Assembly (NCBI RefSeq): GCF_018977255.1
Contig: NW_024704743.1
Coordinates: 53,508,001 to 53,572,000, forward strand
Direction of reading: 5' to 3'
Origin: Callorhinchus milii
Taxonomy: Eukaryota
Length of the DNA stretch: 64,000 nucleotides
A model generated the notes under the pieces. The model saw nothing but the letters and a program-made list of their open reading frames with translations, did not search any database and had not been told where the DNA came from. Numbering within the stretch: position 1 is the first letter of the stretch; every line of letters starts with the position of its first letter. This document shows, one piece after another, positions 24,087 through 36,929 of this stretch. Both the position numbers and the translations under genes were made by a program.

Positions 24087-24215
24087 CTCCCACTATCTAT
24101 TTTGTCATGCCCCTTAATAATCTTATAGGTTTCTATAAGATCACCTCTCATTCTTCTATATTCTAAAGAATATAGGCCTAAATTGCTCAACCTATCCTCA
24201 TAACTCATCCCCCAA
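23766..24215 (-). mobile_element. CR1 LINE 3' fragment (partly duplicated at ~22897-23217)
   Basis: ORF 24008..24208 MSYEDRLSNLGLYSLEYRRMRGDLIETYKI is the typical CR1 ORF2 C-terminus; CR1 3' UTR gaatggcctactcctgct. Confidence 0.9.
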
Positions 24216-24929
24216 TCATGATGCCTTCTGTAATGAGATGCTTCTCACAATATATTCTAGTTTACATTATCAGAGATGGGAATTTCTTTCTAACTTTTTT
24301 TGTCAGCCGGGTGTCTGACATATACAGAAACCTTTTTGGTTGGCCAACCAAATCATTTTTTTATTGATTGAATATTTCTTGATTAGGAGTGATATTTATC
24401 TTGATAAATCAGGAAGATTCTAGGTTTGAATATACATTAATGGACTAGTATCTTTCAGGTTATCTACCAATTCAACATTAAAACTAAACTGTAATATTTA
24501 CTCCGTGCAAATATTCAATCAACAAAATCTTAATTTAACACAAACTTACCTAGAGTGATGCAAATGCTATTTTACATATTATTTGACTTTTAAAATGACT
24601 TATAAATGCCAACAGATGCCTGTGAAATGCTAGGTGATATTTTATGTAATAATAGAAACAAATCATGTTCAATTCAGTGGATTAAGATGGGCAGAAAACA
24701 CTTGATTTTCCAAGATTATCTAAACCTGATACTCTTAGGACAAATATTGGGTTTAGTAACAATTTATATTAATAATTGCATTTGATATAGCACCTTATGA
24801 TGGTGTTAATATGTCTCAAAGTCCTTCAAGATTTTATTGTGATGTATAGAGACTATTTATTTGTACACAGTTATTTAATTGCTCTCAAACACTACCTCAC
24901 GTTAAGCAACCTATATAAATATTGTTGTG

Positions 24930-25280
24930 TGTAGGTGAATGTGGCAGCCAATTTGCACACAACAAAGTCCCACAAACAGCCGTGAAGTGAATGATCAATT
25001 TTTATCTGCGGGATTGTTGGCTAGAACACTGAGAGAAACTCACTTCTCTCTTCAAGTAGTGCTAATGGGATCTTTAACATCCACCTGAACAGGCAGACAA
25101 GACCTTGGTTGAACATCTCACCCGAATGGCGGCACATCCAACAATGCGACACCACCTCCAGCACTGGGTTGGAGTGTATCAGCCTCGACTGTGAGCTCAA
25201 CGTTCCAACGTGTGACTTAAACCCACAATCTTCTAAATCAGAGGCAAGATTGCTAGCAACTGAGCCAGGCTGACACTATG
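24930..25280 (-). mobile_element. Deu-domain SINE (further copies at ~29740-30040, 32990-33290, 33570-33985)
   Basis: gggatctttaacatccacctgaacaggcagac...aacatctcacccgaa is the reverse complement of the Deu core. Confidence 0.75.
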
Positions 25281-28200
25281 CTGTGCTATAGAGTAAAGAA
25301 TACAAGTTCAGAACCATTATTTTTTCAATTACTATATTAAAGTTTCTACTGTCAGTTGTACATCAAGCAGCAGCTATACATTTTCAAAGTATTGTTCCTC
25401 GATTACAGTAGCTAGAACTGATAAAATCAAGAGACTATATAATTTGAAGTACGTTTATGATGTACGTTTAATAAGACCTGGTGACTGAAAGTTGTTTGGG
25501 CAGATTCTCTACTTTCAGCCCTACCTACCAGTTGTGACAACGATTTGGACCGAGTTTGTCTTTCAGTTTCTTTGGACTTGGATTTTTTATTTAACCAATG
25601 CTTTCAGTTATTGTACTGCTGTAGTGCTGTTCCACTGGCTCTGATCCAAGGTTTTCTTATTATTTTCATGAACCCTTACATGAATCATCCAGCCTGACCT
25701 TCCCAGGTCAACGGAAATTGTGCATAATTTGAAGTGCCAGCTTCTCTCATCACTGCAATTCCTTGTTTCTTTCTTTAGTAAAAAAAAATTGCATCTGACT
25801 TGCTAGTATGCTCATTGGAGGATATGCACAGCCACCCACCTACTCGCCCACCACCATCTGAGGCATGAAAAACAAATGTCAGAAACAGTCGTGCGTTCTA
25901 TAGTATTGAGAATGAATGTGGGTGAATTGGAATGATTCGCAGTTCCATGATAAACATTATCTTGCTAAACTCCCATTAAGTGCCTCCTCATTTTAGGCAC
26001 TGACCGTATCCACCTCCACAGTTGCTCACTCCATCTCACAGAACCTGTGTGGAATGTCAGCATTTGACCCTCACCTCTTTAAATCTTTCATCCGGGCTCT
26101 GATCAAGTTGACTTTCCTCCATCTTCTCAACATTGCCCACTCGGACCCTCAAAACTCTCATCCACATTTTTGTAACTTTTTGTCTCACACCACCTCCATG
26201 ATTTCATGTGCCCTTATGACCCCAGCAACTCCCTCCATTGGATGAGCTTTTAGACACTCTCTGGAACCCTTTTCAAAGGGGAGGGAGGGGGCAAGGCGGT
26301 GGGATTGAGGCAGAGAGTTCCAGACTTTTGTGCCGTAGTGGCTGAAGGCACGACCATCTGATGTTGGCGGAGGAAACGAAGGACAAACAGGAGACCGGAG
26401 TCAGATGAGCGGAGGCAACAGGTAGTGGAGTGAGGGGTAAACAGATTGAATAGGTTGGCAGGTGAGAGGTGATGAAGGGATTTGAAAATGAGTGAGATGA
26501 TCTTGAAATTGATCCATTCGGTGATTGGGAGCCAGCAGAGCGTGGCAAGAACTGGTGTGATGGGGGTACAGAGTTTTGTGTGGGTGAGTATCCAGGCGGC
26601 GGATTTTTGAATTAATTGGATTTTTTCCTGTACTCTTGAAGTAACAACAATACTGTAATTTTACGCTCCGTATTAAATATTGGAGGACAGTTGCATGTAT
26701 TAAATATGTATGCCCCCTAGATTTATTTGAAGGAAGGTGAGAATTGATTCTTATCGGAATGAACGAGATACCTCATTGTGTGTTTGATACCTACCCATTT
26801 TTTCAACAGAATAAAAACAATCAATCAGAAAGTACATAAATAAATAGATATCCTCTACCTCTACAAATAGATATCCCCTACTGTATCTAAAGTTTATATA
26901 AATATCATCTGCAAAAATTGGTTTGGGGTGAGCTGACTCATTTTACTGTAGAAATATGAAGAAAATATGTCAGATATCATGAGTAAAACTGAAACATACC
27001 AGTAAAACTTAAAAGATACATTTATCAGTTCAAAATATTTTTTCAAAACAGGAATACTAATGTAAAAAGTGTTATTGCGTTGAAATAGTTTTTAAAAGTT
27101 ATAGGTTTTCTGAATTATTATTCACATGCTTCAACATACGCATTCATAACACATTGTGCAGACAACTAACTACAAAAAAGATGCATTGAATTTGACTTTG
27201 CAGAACAGTGATCCTTTTATGAATAGACAATGGAGTGATTGGCACGCAGAATTGTATTAGCTGTTACAATGCAAACTATTGATGGGTGAAGATGAATAGA
27301 TATTGTAGTATTAGTGTCCACTGAACTTGTTATGTTGGTGTGTGCAAATTTACTTAATGGATAAACTCTCTACCAGTGGGTTTTTTTTCAGAAGGACTAT
27401 GTATAAAAAGGGCATTTTACAATCCTAATATTTGGCATGTAAATTCATCGGTTTAATGCAGCTTAAGGCTTTTTGGAGAAAGCCTCCAGTTAGTTAGACT
27501 AAATCTCCTGAAGGAATGCCTACATGACACAGCATTAAAGATGGAAAAAGTTAGAGAAATTCAATTAATCATGTACAAAATTATAAACAACAGTAGGGAA
27601 CAGGGTGGCAGCTTGACCCAATTGATAGCACTTTCATCTCTGTGCCACAATGGAATGCATCCAAGGCCTATTTTCGGACTGTGAAACAGACTGACACTCT
27701 AGTGCAGTACAGGACAAGTGCTGCATTATCAGGATCATCCACAAAACAGTCACTTCATTTTACAGTAAATCCTGTGAATCGCTTTGAGACATCCTCCCGA
27801 TGAGAAAGGCGCTATTCCAAATGTAAGGATTATTTTTAATCCCAAGGAATATCTACCATACTACCTTGTGATCATTCACAGATATACCTATTGTTTATTT
27901 AATTTCTAAAACCTATAGGCACAATTCGACTTGTGATGCTGTGATGTTTATCATTCTGGAGACCCAAAGTTATTGGGTACGAATAAAATGAGGTTAAGTG
28001 ATTGTGGACCTTTAAATTACTGTTATAGTATCGGTAAATTGCATTTTGTTTTTTCATATTTTGGAGCATAAATCCAGGAAGACAAAATAAGTTCATCTTA
28101 TGCTTGTTATTGGTTGGGCAACCTCAGTATGGTAATGTAAGAAGTATATTGCTCTTCTCAAATTAATGTGCACCTGGTTTTGAGACTCTGTGATGTCTTA

Positions 28201-31200
28201 CGTTTACTAACCATACACATAATGATCTTTGTCAGATTTCAATCTACAACACTGGAACATCACAAAACAAAAATGTCCAGTAATTGAAAAACAAAAAAAA
28301 GCAATTCTAATTTTGACCATATTTTACAGATATAAAAAATACTAAATGGTTTGGTGAGGGGGGTCGAGGGGAGAATTGCGATACATTTGTTTGTATCCGG
28401 GTCTTGCCCTCAAAAAGTCATTGAATTGAAATAACAAATAATAATAATAATAATCCTTGCATTTGAAATAGCGCCTTATCACATCTTTGAGATGTCTCAA
28501 AGCACTCTCAAAGCAATAAACCACTGAGAATGCATTCAAGAATGTTCTGAATTGCTGTGGACAGTTTACTTATATCATCTTGCATTAAGGAAGCTTGGAT
28601 GAGCTTGCAATGACACCAGCCGTTGTGTGGGAGTTTACAAATGAAGTATCTGCCTTTTCAGCTAAATTGGGTCACAACGGAACATGTGGCCTGGAGACAA
28701 GGATGTAGTGAGTAGAAGGTGAGGAAAAGGAAGAGATTATCCTGGACAAAGGAGAAAAAAATTGAAAACAGCAAATACTTTTATAAATATACTACCTGGA
28801 TATTGTTGACTTTGCTTTATATTTTGATTTGTATTAATATTTGATGCTACAATCACTGTTAATCACTCTGTGACTCAAACACAATTTCATTTATCTAAAC
28901 TTACATCAGCAAGAAATTCCAAATTACAAATTATTTGTGCTGCTTTTAAAATTACAGGCCAACTAAACCACAGTTTGAAACTTGCTTTCATTTTTTTGTT
29001 TTAGCACGCTCAACAAAAAGCTATAAAAATATATATTTTTGTGAAACATACAATCAAATGTAGAAATGTAGAAAAATATAGAAGAACACCCACAAATTAC
29101 AACTGATTTGGAACTCCGCTGCCCATATTCTCACCCATACTAAACACGTACCCCGATCACACCCGTCCTCGCCAGGTTCCACTGGCTCCCCAACACAGAA
29201 CGGATTGATTTCAAGATCCTCTCACTCATCTACAAATCCATCATGCTTTAGCACCTCCCTACCTTTCTGACCTGTTTTCTCCACAATCCACTATCTGCTG
29301 CCTCCGCTTGGCTGGTTCTGGCATCCTACTTGACCCTCGTCTCCTTCGCTCCATCATTGGTGGCTGCACTTTCAGCCGCTATGCCCTGAAGCTTTGGAAC
29401 AGTCTCACCCAATCTATCTGCCTTGCCCCCTCTTTCCCCCCATTTTCAGATCACGACTGAAAACCTTCTTCTTTTACCTGGTCTCACCTCCTCCCTCCTC
29501 AAGCTCTGCCACTATTAAGAGCTCCGAGATTCTGCCCTGTTTGAAGGGTGTTACATAAATATAAGTTTTTGTTGTAATTTTCAAATCAACAATGCTACTT
29601 GTAGGGAATATTAATTTAATCTTACTTCTTTAATTGTTATACATTTTTGTACTAGACAACCAATTAGGAAGAAAGAACTTATAGTGTCTTATCACATCAA
29701 AATGTCCATTGTTTGTCAAATGTAGTATCTTCACAACTGCGGCTGCCAATTTGTACACAGTAAAGTCTCACAGAGTCACGAGGTGAATGACTACTGTTGA
29801 TTAGGACAAATTGATTTCTCTTTCCAAATCATACAATTGGAGCTTTAAGGTCCATGCGAAGAACAGGCCGACAAGACCTCAGTTTAACATCTTATCCGAA
29901 GGATGATGTTCTGACAATGCCTTGTACTACACTGGAATGTCAGTCTGAATTACGAGCTGAAGACCTAGGATTGGGATTCAAACCATAACCCTGTGACCCA
30001 GAAGGAGAGATTGTTACCAATTAAACCAAGCTGACACCCAGTCTTTATCATTAGTCTTCAGACTGTGGACTTTTGTCCCAGAGCTGAAAGGTCAATCCTG
30101 AGTCTGCTTCTCAGTAAATCTGGAAAGGAACCTTTGTTTAAATTTATTCTTTCCTTTAGTAATGCAATTATTAGCTGTTTATATTAATAATGTAAATTAG
30201 CACAGTAAGCTCCGTATTGCAAAAAACAATTGCAATAATTACTGGCAAATACAACACTGAAATTGCAAGCATAGAACAATTACAGAAATAGCATTGCACA
30301 ATTAAAATCATTAAAGTTAATTATTGGGTCAAACATGAGGAGACATGTATTGATGCAATCATGTGTGTATTTTAAAAAAAACATTCAGTAATGGATATAG
30401 AAGCAGATCAATCATTTTGTCATAGATAATCAATGCAAGTTTCACAGGAAGTTGCCGAACAACTTCAGTTGATTCCAATTTGTGTCATACAAATTGCTTG
30501 CTGTACCACATTAAAGAAGAAAAGGGAAATGTAACAGTATCTAGCCCACAATTATTCAGACTTGACTTAATGTCTGATCCAAAGTACTGTACAGCTATAA
30601 ACATTTATAAATAATTTTCTAACCTTTATCTTTTGTTGCATGCAAGAGAAGGGCTGTCCTTCAGATAATGTGTGTGTTTTATGGGTATAGGGTTAGATGT
30701 GACTTTGTTTCTTTCAAATCTAGTATCAAATCAACAAAACAAATTAGATCTGAAAAAGGTAAGCTCGGTTTGAAACTGGCTAACTAAGATGAGTAGCTAA
30801 TTGAACTCCAAATGCAGTTATATTAATAATAGTAATAATAATTTTTGCATTTGATATAGTGTCTCACCATGTCATTGAGATGTCTCAAAGTGCTTGACAG
30901 GATTTTCACAGTGGAGTCTACATTTAAAAGAAAAACAGCAGCCATTTTGCTATCCCATAAACAGTCATGAAGTGAGTGACCAATTTTATTTGGGGAAATG
31001 TTGGCCAGGACACCAGAAGAAGCTCTTTGCTTTTAGAATAGTGCCATGGGATCATTAATGTTTAAATTAAGAGACAGATAGGATCTTGATTTAAAGCCTG
31101 ACAATACAGAGGAGGGAATTTGCCCTGATTTCTTGACCAACAATCCTCCAAATTAAAAAGAAAATGTTTTTCAGTTTGTGGCTGTTTGTGGGATACTGTT

Positions 31201-31859
31201 TTGCACAAATCATTGATGCATTTGCTCACAAAACACTACCGTATATATCCTGTGAAGCATTTTGAGACATTCTCCCAACATGAAAGGTGCTATGCCAAAT
31301 TGAAGGATTATTATCATAATGTATTATTACAGCACACAGGAGTGTCAGCCTCGTCTGTGAGCTTAAAGCCTGACGTGGGGTTTGAACTCACAAACCGTCT
31401 GACTCAGAGGTGAGAATGCTACCAACTGAGTCACACTGACACCAGTTCATGTGATGTGTTAATTCAAATTCATGCAGGATAATTAACCTGATCACTATCA
31501 CTTCTCAGAGAAAGAACAATCCATTTTTGTCCTGTTTACTTTCAAATATGAAGTAATCTTGTCAGTTATAAATATTATTGTACTGTATTCATTCCTGATC
31601 ATCATTACAGTATATTCTGTGAAGCACTGAGACGCCTCGAAGATGTGATAAGGCGCTATATCAAATGCGAGGATTATTATTATATATTATCGTTCCTTTA
31701 CTTTGAACGCCTGCTCTTAAACTCAAGTTCTTTCTAAACCAGCACCAAACAGACTTATTAGAGACAAGGATCGGGGAAAGCAGTAAGCAGAAATTGTATG
31801 AAGAACATAGAGAAAATTCCTAATCTAAATTATATATCAGTTGCAAATGAGACATATTA

Positions 31860-32332
31860 CAGTGGAACCCTGTTATAACCTGCTTTGTTATAAGGTGGGT
31901 TTGCTTTTTGGGATGTGGACCTCGATATTTACATGCCAAAAATTCTAAAATCTGCACAGAAAGCTAGCTGTCTTGCTTCAAAACACCAACCTGCTTCCTA
32001 CGTGCTAAAAAAAAGCACAAACTTCTAGGTTAAGTTGTCACCAATGTAATGTTTGAAAGCTTAGTTGAGGAAGGGCAGGAGGCGGCTCACGTGAAGCCGA
32101 ATGGCCTGTTTCTGTGCTGTATATTCTAATGTATTCTAATGTAATTTCCTGATGTGGTGACAACCCATAAAACCAGACGGTTTTAGCACAGGAAGTTGAC
32201 CAGCACGCAGCTAGCTTTTTGTGAGCATTCACAATGAGTGCAGATGTGCTGACCAGGGAATTGTGTTCTTTTATAATGATGGTTGAGATTTTATAGACCC
32301 CCCCAACTATCAGATAATAAAGGGCTCTACTG
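31860..32332. mobile_element. Decayed Tigger/pogo-like DNA transposon remnant (duplicate at ~38794-39266)
   Basis: TA|CAGTGGAACCCTGTTAT ... ATAAAGGGCTCTACTG|TA, imperfect TIRs with TA flanks. Confidence 0.5.
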
Positions 32333-34767
32333 TATTTACTCTTCATCCACTCATTCATCCTGCATCTCCCTGTCAATGGTACTGAAACAAAAGCAGATGT
32401 ACGTATTAAATTGAACAGTTGCACAAAAGTTATTGTGAATAAATGTGTAAACCATCAGCATGAAGTATGTGGATGCTGTGATGTATTAATGAAAGGACAA
32501 GATAGAAATCAAGCATTTATATTGTTGCTGTATAATGAAAGTGAGCAAGATAGGTTTCCAATGATTTTATTTACTTTCTGTGGAAAAGAACCTTTCAACT
32601 TATTGCTCTACAAAACAATTTTGATGTGCATTTATGGAAATATTATGCAAATGCAAGAATTATTATATTCTCATGCATGTGTACTTAAGCAAACAATCTA
32701 TATTGCAATGCAAGTACATACTTGCAGATATGAAGGTGTGCATGCATACAATATATTGGCAAGTCAGCTAGTCAATATGTAGTAAAAAGTTAATTGTAAT
32801 GTGTGCCAACTAACTTTGTTTTCAGAAATAAAACACTTATTTGATTTCTATTAAAAAAAGCTTTTCTTAGCCACTATCTTGAGTGTCAAGATTTTGAGTT
32901 TATAAATAATACTTGTATTTGTTATAACGCCTTACCACATCAAAATGTCTTCAAAGTACTTAGAAGTTTTTTTTAAGTGACATGTCTGTGTATTTGTTGG
33001 TGAATGCAGCAGCAAATTTGCACGTAGCAATGTTCCATAAATAGCCAAAAGTGAATGAACAATTAAAAAAAATCTGATGGCAAGGACATTGCGAGAAACT
33101 TCCTTCTCTCTTCAAACAGCACTACGGGATATTTAACTTCCTCTGAGAAGACCTTGGTTTAACCTGTCATACGAAATACAGCACATCAGACAATGAGACA
33201 GTCCCCTAGTGCTGCATTGGAGTCTCAGGCTAGAAGACTATGAGGACAAAGTCCCAACTTTGGGCTGGAACCCACAACCTTCTGACTCAAAGGCCTTTTT
33301 TTTTAATAGTCCTATTGCTTGCAAAACAGTTGGAGTTGCCTGGAGTCATTCAATCAAATTTAACACTACCAAAGTTACTGCATTGACAGATTCAGAATCC
33401 TAGAAAAGGAATATATAGAACACATTGCAACATTTTAAAATATTCTACTAAAATTTTCTAACATGTAACATACTTATGTAAAATCCAAGAACATTTGATT
33501 CTGATGGTTTCAAATTCTGAAACTGGATGAAGAGACTTTGATCGAAAAAGATTCATCTTCTTTATTAATGATATTAATAATAATCCTTACGTTTGGTAGC
33601 ACCTTTCAGGTTGGGGGAATGCGTCAGAGCTTCACAGGATATAATGTAAAGTGTAGCAACTGATGCTTTGTAGGCAAATGCGGCAGCCAATTTGTGCACA
33701 GCAACGTCCCAAACAGCCATGAAGTGAATGACCACTTTTATTTAGGAGATTGTTGGTCAGGACATCGGAAGAAACCCCTTCTCTTTTCGAGCACTGTAGT
33801 GCCATGGGATCTTTAACGTCCACTAAACAGTCAGAATGGGCCTCGGCTTAACATCTCATCCGAAGTATGGCACCTTCAACAGTGCAGCACACATCCAGCA
33901 CTGCCAACTTAAACAGACTATACAAATTCCAAGTCCTTTAGATTCAGAGGTGAGTGTACTACCAACTGAGCCAGGATAACACACCGATAGGCTGATTTAT
34001 TATAAATTTGTTTCTTTCTCCTGACACTTGGTTTCTTCCCAGTGAGTTGTGAAAATATGGAATGCACTGCCATAGCAGCAAGATCAATTGGTATGTTTAA
34101 AAGGGAGTAATATAGATACAGTACTTGGAAAATAAGGGTATTAAAGAATGTGGCGAAAAGTCAGGGAAATAAGAGTAAAAGATTTGTCACAACTTGCATT
34201 TATATAGCGCTCTTCACGCCGGACAGTGTCCCAGAGTGCAACAACCTTGATGGACTGAATGTCCTCCTCCCCTTTTTGTTTCTCATACAATGTATGGGCA
34301 GCAATGCATTATGGAGAAAGATATGCATTGGGTAGCAATTGCATTGGTCAAAGCTATAAATCTCTTTTGTCAGAAGTAGTATTACAATGTTCAGTTTACA
34401 ATCAATATTTGTAATGTTGATTGACTGTATTTTTGCAAAGCCCAAGTGTGATATTATTATCTTGGTGGTGTTTAATTAGCCATTACCTTATAATGTCCAA
34501 TGTCTTGAGCCCAGCACAGTGATACAGGTTCATGGTGCATGGTGACTGAAAATGTATTTGATCAGTCGAAAGTTGTCTGAAATACTAGTAATAGAGGCAC
34601 ATTGTGCTTCAACCTGCAAACGAGACAAGTTCTGTAGCATTATCACCCTGAAATTTGACAGCAGCATGTCAGCAGCATTGGGCCTGAAGATACCACACAA
34701 AACCTGTGAATTCCTGTGTCGTGGTATCTAAAAAAAACAAAATGGACACGTGATTTAAGTATTTATA

Positions 34768-34877
34768 CAGGGTGACCAAAAGGTTGTGATACCATCATAA
34801 TGTCTAATAAATCTTAAAGAAATGATGATATATATATATTTAAATAGTGTAGTTATCACAACTTTTTGGTCACCCTA
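34768..34877. mobile_element. Tc1/mariner-type MITE, ~110 bp (duplicate at ~41698-41807)
   Basis: 24-bp TIRs CAGGGTGACCAAAAGGTTGTGATA / TATCACAACTTTTTGGTCACCCTA (22/24), TA on the left flank. Confidence 0.75.
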
Positions 34878-35419
34878 CAGTATGTGGTGCTAATGGTAAT
34901 CTGTAGTTTGATGGCGAGTTGCTTCATTTAGCCATGTCACATTGTACACTTTTCATCCTGATCCAATTTTGTTTTCAAATTATGATAGTTTTTCTAACAA
35001 ACATTTAAGTAATTTTGATGTTCTTGATAATTTTTCATAGTTAACAATCATCCTCCAAATCTACTTGTTTATAAGTCATCTTACCTCATTGTTCCCTGCA
35101 CACGTACAGCATATATAGGCCATATTATCAATAACATCTACAACTGCCTCCTCTCTGTATTTATTTTGCAGCCACCACATGAAGTGTTCAAAATAATTTA
35201 TGCAATATATACATTTTAAGCACTCAGAGACGCTACCCTGCATGGAGGGTGCTATATAAGTGCAAGTGTTGTTGTTCATGTTTATTTTTACAACAAAAGA
35301 AAACCTAAGCCTGCCTTTTTGCTTCAGATTTTATCTGCTTTTTAATCTCATTTGCAGTAATTGCCAACAATCAAGGCATTAGGATTTAGTTTCAAATTTA
35401 AATTTGAAAAAAGCCCCTC

Positions 35420-36098
35420 AACTATCTTTTCTCCCCCACATTCAAGCCATGACCCGCTCTGCCTTCGCTCACCTCCGTAACATCGCCCGAATCCGCCACT
35501 ACCTCACCCCTCAGGCCGCTGAAACTCTTGTTTCATCACCTCCAGGCCCGACTATGCAAACGCCCTGCTTGTCGGCCTTCCCAACTCCTCCCTCCACAGG
35601 CTGCAGATAATCCAGAACTCTGCAACCCATGTCCTCTCCCGCACCAAACTCCGTGACCCCATCTCCCCCATTCTCACCCGACTCCATTAGCTCCCGATCC
35701 TTCAGAGGATCCAGTTCAAGATCCTGGTCCTCACATACAAAGCCCTTCATGGCCTCGGCCCCACCTTATCTCTGTGACCTCCAACCCGCCCGCTCCCTCC
35801 GCTCAGCCGGCTCTGGCCTGCTCCACGTCCCCTGACCCACCCGCCCCACCGTTGGCGGGAGAGCCTTCAGCCACTCTGCCCCCAACCTCTGGAATTCCAT
35901 CGCCCAGTCACGCCGCCTCGCCCCCTCCTTAGCCTCCTTCAAGGCCCTCCTCAAGACCCTCCTCTTTGAGCATACCATCGGCAACCCCCCTTTCCCTCCC
36001 CTCCCTTCTCCCCCCCAATCCCAGCTCGGGTCTGAAATGCTGTACTCTTGGGACGTCCTCCCGACGTGAAAGGCGCTATAGAAATGTAACCTTGTTGT
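35420..36098 (+). mobile_element. L2 LINE 3' fragment (duplicate at ~42350-43025)
   Basis: HLRNIARIRHYLT-type peptide and L2 3' stem-loop with a ttgttg tail. Confidence 0.85.
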
Positions 36099-36541
36099 CC
36101 CGGCACTCGGCACTGTTCCTCATTTCATGGTCTCTCTCTCTCTCCCCCCCGGGAGCCGCCGCGCCCTCGTACACAGCCCCCGATACACACACACACACAC
36201 AGGCGCGGCCCATCCCGTCCCCCCGCGGGAGCCACAGCCACAGCCACAGGCCGGGGTGGGGTGGGGGGGGTTTCTGTAACTAACTTTGGCCCCTGTCCTG
36301 CTGTTTGGGTTAAAACTTCCGGCTGCGGCCAACTTAATGAGTTCACTGAAACTTGCGAGTGTTGTGGAAGTCCGCGCTGTGCAGTGGCGGCGGCGGCGGT
36401 TTTGTCCACAGAACATCATTACTCTCTATCTTTGGGGATGGAGGGAGGGAGGGAGTGAGGGAGAGAGAGAGAGAGACAGACTGTGGATGGTACATTTATT
36501 TCTTAGCGACTCCCGGAACAGTTGGAGAAAGAGGCCACTTT
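36099..36541. promoter_or_regulatory. CpG-rich promoter / 5' exon-like block of an unidentified gene (HYCC1/FAM126A candidate by synteny only)
   Basis: High CpG density, acttccgg ETS-like motif, (GGC)n run, single copy in the window; no coding exon found. Confidence 0.45.
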
Positions 36542-36904
36542 ATTCACTGCCCGATTCCAGTCAGAGATAATCCATTTATAATTCACTGATGCATTATAAT
36601 TCAAGGATTATCATCGCGTTTGGTTGTCAGTCCCTGAGTTCAGACCTCTCTCCCCCCTCCACCGCGAGTGTTGTTAAAATGCAGAAATGTTAAGTTATCT
36701 TATTGTTTGGGATGTCCACGTTTGTGCAGTGAATGGGGTAACTGTGATACACCCATATTATTATTATTATTATTACCATCATCATCATCATCTCGGATAG
36801 GTTAGATCCCCAAAAAGCAGCGAGATTCATCGCGCAAAAGGTTTAATGGTGCAGCTGTCAGTGTTTGAAATGCAAAACAAGACTCCCCTCCTCTCTCCCT
36901 CCCC

Positions 36905-36929
36905 NNNNNNNNNNNNNNNNNNNNNNNNN
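36905..36929. other. Assembly gap (25 N)
   Basis: Run of n characters. Confidence 1.

Larger units (their letters stand above)
29996..36098. repeat. Copy 1 of a ~6.1 kb near-identical direct duplication
   Basis: Identical ORF sets offset by ~6934 bp (e.g. 31186 vs 38120). Confidence 0.97.

Noticed and set aside
32038..32782. 128-aa and 123-aa ORFs present twice
   Set aside because: No recognisable protein; they recur only because of the 6.1 kb duplication
33523..33560. ctggatgaag...cgaaa hammerhead-like string
   Set aside because: The core is not CUGANGA and helix II pairing is poor
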